64,000 bases of DNA, taken from contig JBNJNM010000021.1 of assembly GCA_052426225.1 (NCBI GenBank), positions 620,001-684,000 on the forward strand, in the 5' to 3' direction. The DNA comes from Zancudomyces culisetae HAW-14-8. Taxonomy: Eukaryota; Fungi; Kickxellomycota. The translations under genes and the position numbers were made by a program. The notes under the pieces were generated by a model, which had not been told where the DNA came from, searched no databases, and saw only the letters and a program-made list of their open reading frames with translations. Of this stretch, positions 1 to 14,646 are shown piece by piece (position 1 is the first letter of the stretch; each line of letters opens with the position of its first letter).

Positions 1-1
1 A

Positions 2-2467
2 GTTGAAGAATGTCAAAACAACCACTGTATTCCTGAATCTCAAGAAACTAGTAATCTCATACAAACCAACCATTCTGTTACAAACACAGATACTAATACT
101 AATACCAATGCAAACGTCGATCCAATGTATTTTACCAATGAGACTCCCTTGACTACTTTATCCATCTTTGCCAATTTGTCAATTAATAACCAATCGACGT
201 TATTAGCACCATTATCATTACCAAAATCTTTACAGCCATTGGCAGATACTCTGATCCAAGATAAAAATAAGAGTAGGATCAATAATAATTCGACTATTAA
301 CGCCAATTGTAATAGTAATTCCGAAAATAGTAATGCAAAATCTAGTATAAATACAAGTAACAAGGAGCAAAAGAATATTGAAAGTTACCAGGGTCAAGAT
401 CTTTCTTCATTCATGTACACACTGATAAAGACAATAAGGCTATTGAACTACAATATTTCAAAGTTTTTGGAAGCTTCATCCACGAATTCGTGTAATCACG
501 ATGCCATTAGCAGCACTTTACATCCCGATGGCAAAAATACATTGTTTTGGATACATACTTTGGAAATGTACAAGTCAATTCTTACAATTCTGCACAACCT
601 GTCTGACCAAATTGTACTATTCCCCAACAACACAAACAACGCCAGTCTTGGTAGTACTAGTAAAGCAGAAGGGCCATCTCTATCTGACGATTCCTATAGT
701 GTGGTTGCGGCGACTTTGGTTGAGTTTTTGATGGTGTTTATTTCGATGGATGATGATTGCTCCAACCACAATGATTATTGCGGTATACTTGAAGATTCCA
801 AGTATTACTCCAACTATTATATTTCGTTGGCCTATGAAACGTTGGGTAAATTACTTGTAGCAAACAACAACAACAATAATAATAATAACAACAATACTAA
901 TACTGGTACTGGTACTGGTACTAATACTAATATCAGTGCTAACACTAATGCTAGTGGTGGTTTGGATTGTAATGTCAGTAATAATATATTTGTAATTCTT
1001 ATGAATACCAAACCGACAGTTTTGCGTAGAATTATCGAACCATGTATTAAAATACTAACAAATCTGCACTTCAGCCAAGTTTTTACCAGCGTCTTGTATA
1101 AAAATAATTCTACAGAGAAAGGCGGTGCGACGACTGCTAGTAATTATGGACAAGATATGCCAATAGGATCAAAAATGATGTGGCTGAGTAAATCGCTTGT
1201 GGTTTTATCGAATCTGGTTTTGTTTCCTATACATAACTATTGTCCCAAATCTCTAGTATCGATTATCAACACAGAATCGAAATCAAAATCGAAATCAAAA
1301 TCAAAATCAAAGTTCAATTTGAACAACAAGGATAAGAATAAGAATGCCATTGTGTTGATTAAAAACAGCTCCAATTATTTTGATAATCTCAATAAACCAA
1401 TCCCAGATTTGATGACTATGCCAACACCTTCTTCCGTGATTAGGTGCGCTAGTGTAATTGGTGGTGGTAATGATAGCAATGATGACAATAACATAAAGAA
1501 CTTTGGTACTGGATTTAATGCCAATTTTGGTTTTGGGTTGGGATTGGGATTAGGATTGGATGGCATTCCCATGCCATTCCTGAACATCTTGAAATCTAAT
1601 CCACCATCATATTCACATAATACCAACACTGCGAAGAATATCCAACTCGTCCACACTCTTCAAAACTATTGTGATATTATTGAATCGATTCAGCAAAGCA
1701 AGTTGGTTCAGAAATCGCTAATCAATATCCTGGTTTATACTTTGCAGCAGATCATTGAGTACTATGGTCTAAAGTCGCTAGTGGATAACCTTAATAACTC
1801 TGCGTCGTCCAGTGAACAAATCAGCGTAGTTAATTTTAAACAACTGTACTACAAAAAGACGTCGACAACTCTACAGCCATCATCACAATCTCTACTTGTT
1901 CCAATAACCAACACTGTTCAGTACAAGCTCAATATTAAGGGTACTTTTACTGGAGCCTTTGCAGCGACCAATGCCAGTGTTACCAATACCAACAATGCGG
2001 TCTATGGGATGATGTACCTAGAACTTGCCGACAAGTTGTTCAAGCTGTTGAAATACTTGAAACACGTCCACATCAACAAGGACAATTTGGAATCCTTTAT
2101 TACTGGTTATCAAACTTCCTCATCCGACAACCTCACTACCACACCTACTTTTGTTTGTAATGATGACCAAGTTGTTCAACAAAACAATCCCAATTTGCTA
2201 AATACAAGCCCAAGCCCAAAAGATATCAATGTTATTAATGCCATTGGTGATGATGAAAACAATAATAGTGACATTGATGGTAGTAGCGGCAGTAGTAGTA
2301 GTAGTAGTACTAGTAGCAATATCAATATCAATAGCCAAAGCCATGGTTATCGTATTGATGATTGTGGTGTTGATGGGTACGAGTATTTGGCTGCCGAGTA
2401 TTATAAAATCATTGATTATCTACCCCATCATTATACAAAAATGTTTTTCTCCATAGTTTATGATTGA
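2..2467 (+). CDS. Hypothetical protein, 5'-truncated at the window edge; helical blocks separated by low-complexity N/S/T/G inserts
   Basis: The frame of the 780-aa ORF is open back to base 2 (gtt gaa gaa tgt...), so ATG 125 is probably internal. Amphipathic Leu/Ile-rich segments alternate with microsatellite-coded runs. No family recognised. Confidence 0.75.
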   Translation, partial: VEECQNNHCIPESQETSNLIQTNHSVTNTDTNTNTNANVDPMYFTNETPLTTLSIFANLSINNQSTLLAPLSLPKSLQPLADTLIQDKNKSRINNNSTINANCNSNSENSNAKSSINTSNKEQKNIESYQGQDLSSFMYTLIKTIRLLNYNISKFLEASSTNSCNHDAISSTLHPDGKNTLFWIHTLEMYKSILTILHNLSDQIVLFPNNTNNASLGSTSKAEGPSLSDDSYSVVAATLVEFLMVFISMDDDCSNHNDYCGILEDSKYYSNYYISLAYETLGKLLVANNNNNNNNNNNTNTGTGTGTNTNISANTNASGGLDCNVSNNIFVILMNTKPTVLRRIIEPCIKILTNLHFSQVFTSVLYKNNSTEKGGATTASNYGQDMPIGSKMMWLSKSLVVLSNLVLFPIHNYCPKSLVSIINTESKSKSKSKSKSKFNLNNKDKNKNAIVLIKNSSNYFDNLNKPIPDLMTMPTPSSVIRCASVIGGGNDSNDDNNIKNFGTGFNANFGFGLGLGLGLDGIPMPFLNILKSNPPSYSHNTNTAKNIQLVHTLQNYCDIIESIQQSKLVQKSLINILVYTLQQIIEYYGLKSLVDNLNNSASSSEQISVVNFKQLYYKKTSTTLQPSSQSLLVPITNTVQYKLNIKGTFTGAFAATNASVTNTNNAVYGMMYLELADKLFKLLKYLKHVHINKDNLESFITGYQTSSSDNLTTTPTFVCNDDQVVQQNNPNLLNTSPSPKDINVINAIGDDENNNSDIDGSSGSSSSSSTSSNININSQSHGYRIDDCGVDGYEYLAAEYYKIIDYLPHHYTKMFFSIVYD
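863..2316 (+). repeat. In-frame coding microsatellites: (AAC/AAT)n ~863-894, (ACTGGT)n ~902-921, (AAATCR)n ~1275-1312, (GGRTTR)n ~1528-1560, (AGT)n ~2281-2316
   Basis: Visible tandem tri- and hexanucleotide repeats encoding polyN, TG, SK, GL and polyS runs. Confidence 0.85.
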
Positions 2468-2694
2468 TTCTTTCTATTTTTGCTCTTTTTTACGCTTTTT
2501 TTTACTTTCCATCTTTTCATATTATGCTTATATATTTACCTGTTTATTTAGACATTTTTTATTATTCAAAAGATTTTTGTAAATTAAATACTATAAACTT
2601 GCTCTTTAACTCAAACTAGATTTGTAATTTTAATATCCTTTTTTTTTTTCTTTCATTCTTTCATTCTTTACTATTAATCATAATGTTTGTTTGG

Positions 2695-5600
2695 TTATAA
2701 ACAGAGTAGTTGTGAAATATATCTGTTTTGGGAAAACTTGGGCATATAGGCATCTTTATGCTTGTTTATAATCTGCAATACCCGTTGTTTATCCCCAGCC
2801 CCACCACCACTATTACCGCCACCATTACTATTCATCGTGCTTGATTTGATGTCCTTAGTTATTGAAGACAAAAACTCAATAATTAACTGAACTCCTTGTT
2901 CCTTATCGTCAGCTCCCTGATCCACATCCGCCATTTCTACATCATCGCCATCATTGCCATTGGAAATACTAGCTGTAGTTTGTACCAGACGCTTTGTAGC
3001 CAAGTCAAGAACCGACTCCGGAAATCCCGCCATTTTGGCCACCTGGATTCCAAAACTCTGGTCACTTGGCCCCTCAACAATTTTGTATAAAAGAGTCAAA
3101 AACTCTTCCACATCACTACTACTAACGTCCTTATTCCCACTTGCATTTCCACTTGCACCTGCACTAGTACCAGTACTAATGCTGCTACCAGTTATCTTGG
3201 CCATTACATGTAAATTACATACCTTGTTGGCACCACAACTATTTGCCTCCACCAACTTGGTTGTTAATTCGTGAAAATGCGTTGCAAATAAACAGAACGC
3301 CCCCAACCTCTCCATAATATACTGCGAAATCCCGAACGCCAACCCATACCCATCAAATGTACTGGTCCCTCTACCCAATTCATCAATAATAATCAACGAG
3401 TTGCTCGTCGCATTGTTCAGTATTTGTGCCGTTTCCAACATTTCGGCCATAAATGTACTCACGCCCTTATATATCGCATCACCTGCCCCAACACGTGCGT
3501 AGATTCCGTCAAATATACTAAGAAGTGGCCCAGATCCTTCCAAAGAATCCGTGAACTCTTCGCCTTGATCACATGGAATATAAGATCCCATTTGCGCCAT
3601 CAGTACTATGATTCCCACTTGCTTTATGTAGGTTGATTTTCCTCCCATGTTTGGTCCTGTTATCACTATAAACTCCTTATCCCGCTGTTTATTTTCTCCA
3701 CTTTGGTTATAGGTTACCATATCCACATCATTTGGTATAAAATTGACATTTTCCTGAACCTCCAAGCATGGATGTCTACAATTTTTCAATCTAATAATTC
3801 TCCTCACCCCTCCCGCTGACCCCTCTTCTCTCTGCTGAATTCCATTTACTTGATTAGGTTTTTCCACTACCATCTTTGGTCTCACATATGGAACAGGTGC
3901 AGTTGATGCCGCCTCTGCCATACTCACAACCACATCGAGATGCGCAATTGTTGTGTTTATTGCATTCATCACCGAGCTGTACGTCGCTCCTATCTTTATT
4001 ATCTCCTTAACCAAACTGCTTTGCGTTCGGTCGTATGATGTTGACAGGTCCATGTACCGCTCACTATACTTTCTCAATACCGATGTTGTGAAATACACAC
4101 CGTTTCGCAACGTACTGAGTTCATGGTATTTGCTTTGTTTATTTCTCAAACATGATGCATCCTATTATTTATATTTTTATTTATATTTATATTTTTATTT
4201 AGTTTATCAAGCAATAACTAAAATACTTATTATACTATTCTTTATCCGACACTTACATTTCTACTGAGTCTAAAACAATATCCATATGTGGGTGACTGCT
4301 CCAATTTGAGCTTTTTGTCCATTTCCATTCCCAAGTCCATAGAAGTCTGCTCTTGCTCACTGTGCATTTTCTGTAATGTTTGGTCCATTTCACGCTTCAA
4401 CTCTATAATTTTAGTGTTCAGTAAATGTTTATATATTCTTTATAAATATAGATGTAAATATATGCTGATTTTCTACTGCATGTTTATTTATCACCTGTTC
4501 TATATTAGTTTTGTTGCGATTATAAAAGTACTTGGCTATTAAACTATAAATCCTTTATACCTTGGAGGTTGTGGTCAAAATCTGGCTTGATTATATACTG
4601 GTGACTATCCAGCAAATCCAGGTCTATTGTCGTTTCCACCATTTCCTGGTAGCTTGTGGTATTATCGATATATTTCTACGTGGTTATTTTGATATTTGAT
4701 TTCAATGCTTGTACATTTTATCACGCTCCACATCTCATATCACATCCCACACTTCTCTCTTATTTTCTTACCTTTAGATCGTTAATGTAGTGTTTTTCCA
4801 AGATATTTTTCTTTTCATCTACACTTCTTAGAGTATCGTACAATCCAGGAAGCTTTATGATTGCCTGATACACTCTTATCACATCCTGTAGATTTGCACT
4901 TCCTCTGGTAAACTTTCTACTCAATCTCGTTAAATCAGGAATCGCCTTGAGATATATATTCTATTTCATCAATAAACCAACTTAATACATTAACATCTCT
5001 AGTGTTATAAAACATCAGTTTGGTTCAAAGTATAAAAATACAAAATATATATTATTAGTTACCCTCAGTTGTTCTCGTAGCTCCAAATCTTCATAAAATA
5101 TCCCAACTAGATCTTGTCTTTCCTCTAAAAAAAAATTATTTCAGTTTTGTGTTTTATCAACTCGATGTTTATGTTAAATACTAATGAGGTTGAATTAACG
5201 TTTTCATTCATATATACTTTTTATAAATGTTGCTAGTCATACCTATCTCCTGAATATTCACCAGAGGTTGCTTAATCCATTGGGCTAGCAATCGCGAACC
5301 TTGATTTGTTTTGCATCTGTCCAACAATCCCTGTAAGCTCATCGTCTTGTTATTTCCTACATGTTACCATATTTCTCTCTTAACTTGTCGCTAATTGTAG
5401 AGCTACCTGCTCAATCTCTACTAAAAGACCACTCTCCATCCCATCCACAGAATTTCTATATCACTTACCATCACTAGCCGTAGGTACCAAATTCAGTGCT
5501 TTTATCGCAGAGTTATCAAGTCGCATATACTGGTTTAAATTGTACTGTTTTAGTTGGTACTGCCCCAGGTTTGATTCATCAGAAGCAAGCTATCAAATGG

Positions 5601-7442
5601 TGTGAAAATCGTTAATCTGTATACTCCTATTGACTTTTCACTTTTAAATTTCGATCAATTAATCATTAGTGGCTATACTTACTGATAAATATTGAATTAG
5701 GCATCCAACCGATAACATTGCCTTTGATAGTTCAAACTCAGCTATTTTTCATTATTTTAAAAAATATTTATATCTGTCAAGAAGTTTACTTTTAAACTAT
5801 GTATGTTTTAATCGTTGATAGTGTATACATGTATATAAGAAATAAAAATACGAGGTAGGAAGTCGTCTTACGCAATGCCGAAACTGATATTTCTGCGCTT
5901 AAGAGTCTGTTCAAGTCTTGTTCCACATTTTTACTGTTAAACATTGCTATTTAATTACATACAATTATTGTCATTGTTTCTTTACTATCCTTTTTCATCC
6001 AGATATCATAATTGCAATATTTCCACTTGATTTCTCTTTTTTTAAAAATAAAAATAAATGTAATAAAAAAAGGCACAAAGTAGACCATTGCTCACCTTTT
6101 TTGCAGCTTGATACCATCATTCCACTTCTTTCAATACAGCTTTTCATTTTTATCAAATCCAAATTCCTTCCTTCCTCGTCACTCAACACCAGACACTCCT
6201 TTGCCTGATGTTGAATTATAAATGACTCGATGTTGGAATATGTATCAGTCTCGATAAACTCGCTAACTCCTATAACTCTTGCACTATTGTCCACAAATGC
6301 TGCTCCGATAGTCTACAACCAGATTTATTTGTTCATATAGTACAAGTACTCTTTTTATTTTTATTATTCTTTTTCTTTTGATTTCTCGGAAATAAGTTAC
6401 CTTTACTCCTCCAGCAAGTTGCAACCATAATGCCATCACAACGCTTGATATGTTTGAATCGGTATTTGCAAATAACAAATCTTCCACCTCTGTTAAATTC
6501 CCTGGTGATGCCTACAATTGAAATTAGCCACTGTTATTATTATCACCTTTGCATACCTCCAACATCTTTAAAGTGTCTGATCACAAAATATACATTATAT
6601 AAATCCACAACTTATAGGATATACTCTCATTTATTGAGAACGTACCTGTCGAACAACACTCCACCCAGGTCTTTTTCCATCTTGTCCCCATATCTCTACC
6701 TTAAAATTATCTTCAAGTAGAACCTTTCTAAGGAATATTTCGGCATTCAATTTGGATAAAGTACAGGATGGAACTCCTTTATCCATTTTTCCATTCCCTA
6801 TAAATGTATTCATAAAATAAAATTACATTAATTTCTAAACATACTCTACCACAGTATTTAGTTTAACCGATTATTCTGCAAGTGGTTTTTACTATTATTA
6901 CCTCCTAAATAGTTGATAACAGTCATCGTCTTGTATACTGTGTTAGCCACGTGCAACGCATCGTTTCCATGCACTGAGTAGTAATTCTATTTTAATTGTT
7001 ACAGGTTTGCTCATTTGTTACTTTTTTTTGGTATAATATTTCCCAGCTGTTGAGTAAAATATAATAGAGAACATAAATGAAAATATTGAGTCTATTTTAT
7101 TTACCCCATTTTCTCTTTCAAACACTCTAACGAGCTTTTCAGTCTATTGGAGTACACACATCAGTTATTGTTTTTTAGAATTTCCCGAGAAACTCTCCTC
7201 CCACCGTTATTTATGTGGTTGATGTCTATTAAATTTTGTGGACTATACCTCTGGCAATCCTCGGATAAAAGCGGTAAACCCTGTTTGGTTTCTTGAATCT
7301 ATATATAAGTAATAAGTATATCGGTATAAAAAACTAAAACAGGGTACAATAATATATGAACAGTGCTGAATACACTTTGTTTTTTGTTTCTTTAATTCAT
7401 ACCTATCTGAAATTCAGGACGGTCAGACACCTTGAAACTCAT
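2695..7442 (-). CDS. MSH2: DNA mismatch repair protein MutS homolog 2; 16 exons, last exon 2695-4161
   Basis: Walker A ITGPNMGGKSTYI, GVSTFMAEM, IIDELGRGTSTFDG and FATHFHEL. Hand-spliced N-terminus MSFKVSDRPEFQID..VRVFERENG-NYYSVHGNDA..ASPGNL..YMRLDNSAIKALNL..CKTNQGSRLLAQWIKQPL. All 15 introns are GT-AG and phase-consistent. Confidence 0.96.
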
Positions 7443-8781
7443 TCTGGATTGGTAGTACTTTATTACTTTATTTTTATTTATATTCCTCTCTAAATTAAAT
7501 ATTATACTCTAATATACTCTCTTTTTTTCAGTTCCTCCGCACTAACTGGTGTTGCTATTCGGACCTTCATATACTGTTATAAAACTTGGTTTTTCATAAT
7601 GTTGTGCTTAATTTGTTTTGTTTCAATGGATCTGAATTCCTTGGACATACTGGTATTTGCTAATTTCTTGCCTATTTTGCAGACAATCGTGTTTTTATTG
7701 GTCAGTTATATTTGCGTTATTGTTTTTATACTGCCAAATCCATCAAATAGGGAAGTATTGGAAAACAAAGGATAGTCCAAGTACAACACCTAATGTATGA
7801 TTCTTGCGAGTTGAATAATAAAACTGCCTGCCTCTTGTATATTGGCATTAAGAAGCTGCTCGAACCCACTAAAGCATAAAGCGATATACAATTACTAATA
7901 TACACTGTCCCTGCCCTACGATATACGCAGCAAAAATGACCAACTCTGCTTTTCTAGTCCTGACCACCGTAACTGCCAGTATCAAATGGAAGCCTTTTAT
8001 GGGTATTCATTTTTACTTCAGCCAAATATATATATTTGTATTTGGATCAGAGACCTGACCCATCAATCTTAATTCTAAACAGATCAACTTTGATCTCCAA
8101 ACTTGAAGGAGTAACAATAGCTTGTGGCCAGTACCGCCCAGTTCAACGAGTTGTGGTTGTGGTTGCAACAAAAGAAAAACAGAACAGTGACTGATCCCAT
8201 AAAAGCTTTTTAGCAGAACTAATGCTATACGTGCATTCATACAACATCACACCTAGATACTATCATTTCTTTACATAAACGTCTTCACAAAAACGAGCGT
8301 GATCAATTTTCCTATAAGAACCACACAGAAAATTTTTTTTGTTTTATACATTTATTGGATTTTTAGTGGGGGGGCGGATTAAGGAAAAAGCGTGGCAAGC
8401 AGAACCTTTTGATTTGCTCATGGAACCTCTATCGTATGGTAAACTAGAACTGAATTTATTTTTGCTTTTTTTTTCCTTCGTTTCCTAGATTAAGAACCCA
8501 AAAAGATTTATGAAAGAGTGAAAAACAAATAATGGTGGGAGGATGTGGGGTTTATTGTTTTTCCACTGCGTTTGACTAATCCCAACAAATATTTTCCGAG
8601 CGTAATAAAATAATAATAACAAAATACCGACAAAAAAATTCGGTCAATGAATATTTGCGACATTGAGTATTTTACTTCAATCTTTGTTCACTAAAACTTT
8701 GTTTTTTGTAGAATTTTGAAAATATTAACAACGATACCAATTGTTGAAATTGCAAACCGGAAACAGACTCTTACACTAACA

Positions 8782-10661
<1,880 letters not shown>

Positions 10662-10947
10662 ACTATTTTGAAGCCTTTTTTTTACTCGTCTTCGTTTTCT
10701 AAGCATCGTTGATTTCACTTTGCTTGCTAAAAAATAAACATATATATTCAACTTTATTTACTGTTGGAATTTGGTTTACGTTTAGTAACACAAGAGAAAA
10801 TTGAAGAAGCAGGGGATGCAGAAGGTCTCTTACAAAGAATATGTTTTACACTTTTATTATTATATTTCATTACGTATAATGAGAAAACAATTGTGGAAAA
10901 ATACCCATAAAAAAATATAAGGGGGGAAAAAAAAACAAATAAAACAA

Positions 10948-12795
10948 TTAGTGGTGGAACAATCTCAAATTGGTATGGCACATCACCATGTTGTAGAGAT
11001 TGGCCCTCTCAATGACAACGGCATCCATGACACTGCCACTTGGTGCAGCAATATACGATACTCCAGAACGCTTGGCTCTATCAATGTTGTCAGAGAATGG
11101 GAAGAATGCATCGGATGACAATGCAACACCTGTCAAGGTTTCCATATGATCGGCGATTTCTTTTTCAGTCAAGAAATCTGGGACTTCTTCATAGTAGCTC
11201 TTCCAGTACTCAAGGTTATCAGAGTCGATCTGTTTGCTTACGTACAGGTCAATGGCGTTAGCAACATCTTGTCGCTTAACACCTTGCTTGAACTTCATAT
11301 CTAAGACTCTTGGGTGGAAACGGAGCCACCAGTTGTTTGTCTTGTCTCCTGCCAAACGTGTACAGTGGATTCTTGACTGTTGCCCTGCTCCTAGTCCAAC
11401 AACCATTCCGTTTTTGGCATAACAGACGGAGTTTGATTGTGTATACTTCAGTGCGATGGTCGCTACCAAAAGATCAATCACTGCATTGGCTGGCAGATCA
11501 GTGTTTGCTGAGACAATGTTGGAAAACAGGTCCTTGCTGATGGATGCGTCGTTTCTTCGTTGATCTAGAGTAATGCCATAGACAGTGCGACTTTCGTAGC
11601 TGCTGGGCTCATAATCTGGATCAATTTCCAACACACAGTATTTTCCACCCTTCTTTTTAGACAAGATCTCAAGAGCCTCTTTTGTGTATCCAGGAGCAAT
11701 AACACCATCTGAAACTTCTCTGGAAATCAATGATGCAGTTTCTACATCACACACATCACTGAGCCCGATAAAATCTCCAAAAGATGACATTCTATCACTT
11801 CCCCGAGCCCTGGCGTATGCCGAAGCCAACAAACTGAGCTTGTCAGTTGGCTTGACGTGGTACACTTTCTTTTCTACGTCGCTCAACTCAATCCCTACAG
11901 CTGCTCCTGCTGGTGAAACGTGTTTAAATGATGCGGCTGCTGGCAGCCCAGTCGCCTGCTTCAGTTCCTTCACAAGTGGGTATGCGTTCAATGCATCCAT
12001 CAAATTGATGTACCCAGGTGAACCACACAGAACAGTGATGGGTAGTTTGTCACCGCTCTTCATGTATACCATTGCTGGTGTCTGGTGAGGATTTACACCA
12101 TATCTCAATTTCATGGCTTGGTTGCTTTCTAAACCATACTCTTTTCTAAAGTATTGGGAAATTGCGGCATCATACTCTGCAGTCATGCTGAATGCCTTTA
12201 GCGCAAACTTGTCTCTAGCCTCCTTAGCCACAGCACTGTGGTTCTTGAGTTGGCTAACAAACTCTGCATAATCTTTAGGATCGCTGAGCACGGTGACTCT
12301 TGCATGGTTTTTGGCTGCTGCTCTCAACAGAGTAACACCTCCAATATCTATCTCCTCCACAGCCTGTTCGACAGTCACTCCTTCCTTCTCAACGGTTTTG
12401 ACAAATGGGTACAGATTGCACACAACAAAGTCAATCTTGTCGATCAGGTTGTTTGCGAGGTCCTGGTGGTCTCTCTCGGTGTCCTGTGCCAAAATTCCAC
12501 CGTGTACAGCGGGGTGAAGGGTTTTGACTCTCCCTCCAAGCATTTCTGGATACTTGGTGAGCTCCTCAACTTGTGTCACTGGTATTCCATGACTCAACAG
12601 GAGCTTGGAGGTTCCCCCGGAAGCAACAACTCTGACGCCCAAGGCATTGAGTTCTTGTGCTAGTTCTACGATCCCCTCTTTATCATAAACAGATAAGATT
12701 GCTACATATATTTAAATAATAAGCATAAGTGTGAGATTTAGCCATATACTCTGGGTGAGTGTATTGATAGACTAACCTGTACGTTGAGAAACCAT
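10948..12795 (-). CDS. ADE17: Bifunctional AICAR transformylase / IMP cyclohydrolase (Ade16/Ade17, PurH); exons 12777-12795 and 10948-12701
   Basis: Spliced start [64 protein letters not shown] and C-terminal RLFHH. Confidence 0.97.
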
Positions 12796-13534
12796 TGTTT
12801 GTGCTGTTAATTTATTGTATTTTGAGTTAGTAATTAAGCCTCTTCAATCAAAAGACATAACTATTCTAGAACTTTAATCAAGGCGTCTTGTCCGTGTGCT
12901 ATTTATACTAAAATCACATCCACAAGCAAGTTCTCTTTTTTTTTTTGAATAAATGGTGGTGGTTTAACTGTTACCATATAACCGTGGCATAACTTGTTTC
13001 CACTTACCTTTTCCCCGCTTTTTATTACTTAACTTTGCGTTGCCTCTTGATTGCTCACATTTAGTAATGATAAATCGTCAAAAATCCATTCGATAAGAAA
13101 TCTTGATGGCTTCAAAGCCTGTAGAAAAAAAAAATTTTTTTTTGGCTTTCGTTGTATTCATTGGAAAAAATCGGTGGTGGTTGGTTGATTCGTTGAGCAA
13201 TGAATTGATACTTCCCTAATCTGCTTTATCAGTCAAAAAAAAAAAAGCCAACAATTTTGAGCACCAATACTTTGATTAATGTGGTGAATGAGGTAAATGG
13301 GGGGTAAATGTGATAAATGCAAAGTGGAATATAGTGAGCCAGCTAACCTGAGAAGTCGCCCTCCTAGTAAACGATCCACATACACACATAATAATATCTT
13401 TTGCCACTAAGAACTTTTTATTGTATATCACGTATTTCCACCACCCACTGAAACACTGATTTGCCCGAATTTATAATATATCCACAAAGGTATTAAATAT
13501 CAACAAAAAAAAGCGTAATCCAAAAACAGAAACA

Positions 13535-14008
13535 ATGTTGTATAATAAAATATTTTCCAAGATTCAACCACAAGGCCTAAAAGCATGCTTCAATCAGGCG
13601 AGGAAATTCAGTACAAGGAGAATCCACATTACAAATTTGACCTACGATGTAACACCAGCGCATTTGTTCAAATACTTTAGCAATTTTGGCAAGATTGAGG
13701 ATGTTTACGTTCCAAAATTCAATGATGGGCGCTACAGAGGATTTGGATTTATCACCTTTATTGTAGGAGAAAGACCTGAGAATGTCCCAAAGGCTGTTTC
13801 ATCAGGTCCATACGAAACACCTGAGGAAGTCGCCCAAATAGACGAACTGATTGAAAAGGTGATTAGGAGATCCGATGGCTACGAATTTAAAGGTCGGTTT
13901 ATGGGTGTTGATGTAGCAACCTCAAGAGCCAGAGTAAACACCGATTCCTCCAATAATTTGTCTACAGAAAACACCTTTTCATATTATCCACGAAAAAACA
14001 CAAAATAG
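13535..14008 (+). CDS. Single-RRM RNA-binding protein with probable mitochondrial presequence
   Basis: RNP2-like IHITNL and RNP1 RGFGFITF. The N-terminal ~26 aa are basic, lack acidic residues and end in ARKFS, an R-2/R-3-type cleavage pattern. Confidence 0.85.
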   Translation: MLYNKIFSKIQPQGLKACFNQARKFSTRRIHITNLTYDVTPAHLFKYFSNFGKIEDVYVPKFNDGRYRGFGFITFIVGERPENVPKAVSSGPYETPEEVAQIDELIEKVIRRSDGYEFKGRFMGVDVATSRARVNTDSSNNLSTENTFSYYPRKNTK

Positions 14009-14646
14009 TTTTTAACACACTACCTAAAGCTGTTTACATGTTTACCCTGATATAGAATTTTATTACAATTTCTTCATGCTATTTTTGATAAGAGCTTAAA
14101 TATATTGTTAATACTGCCATACCTGCTGGATCCTCTAGCTAGTTCTACACATGAGCTTTTTTTTGTTTTACTAGATCGGTACAAGAACCAAAATCAAGAG
14201 TTTCGCCTGTCATTAACAAGAAATACCACCAAGAAAATTCATTTGTTTGGTACTAGTAGAGTGTGAGAGGGTGGATAGCCGCTAGTATACCATCTTTTAT
14301 TCTTTTTAGAATATTCATTTTTTTGTGTTTTCTTTTATTTAGTAGCGGACCTCGTGCGAATATGTTGATAAACGGAAAGTGTACAACTGACAATTACATT
14401 TTTCATTACTCTTCTCCATTTATATCCTCACTTTTATACATTTCTTTATTGTGGTCTTGTAGTGAAGAACATTAATAAGATTAAATAATAATTTATTGAA
14501 ATAACAAAGATCTAGATACTAAAAGAAAGAAAAAAAACTAAGTGCGGTGATGAGAAGAAAATCGGTTTAAGTGTTACAGTTCAGTTTTTCTAGTAGAACT
14601 TTTTTTACTCAACTTTACCCCTACCTTCATGAATAAATCCAGTCGA

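Noticed and set aside
7855-7870. CTCGAACCC (and GATTCGAATC at ~40770) resembling a tRNA T-loop/B-box
   Set aside because: No cloverleaf, acceptor stem or A-box around either.
7990-8209. Imperfect inverted repeat AAGCCTTTTATGGG / CCCATAAAAGCTT flanking ~200 bp, a possible MITE
   Set aside because: Only ~13 bp with an indel, no target-site duplication and no second copy in the window.
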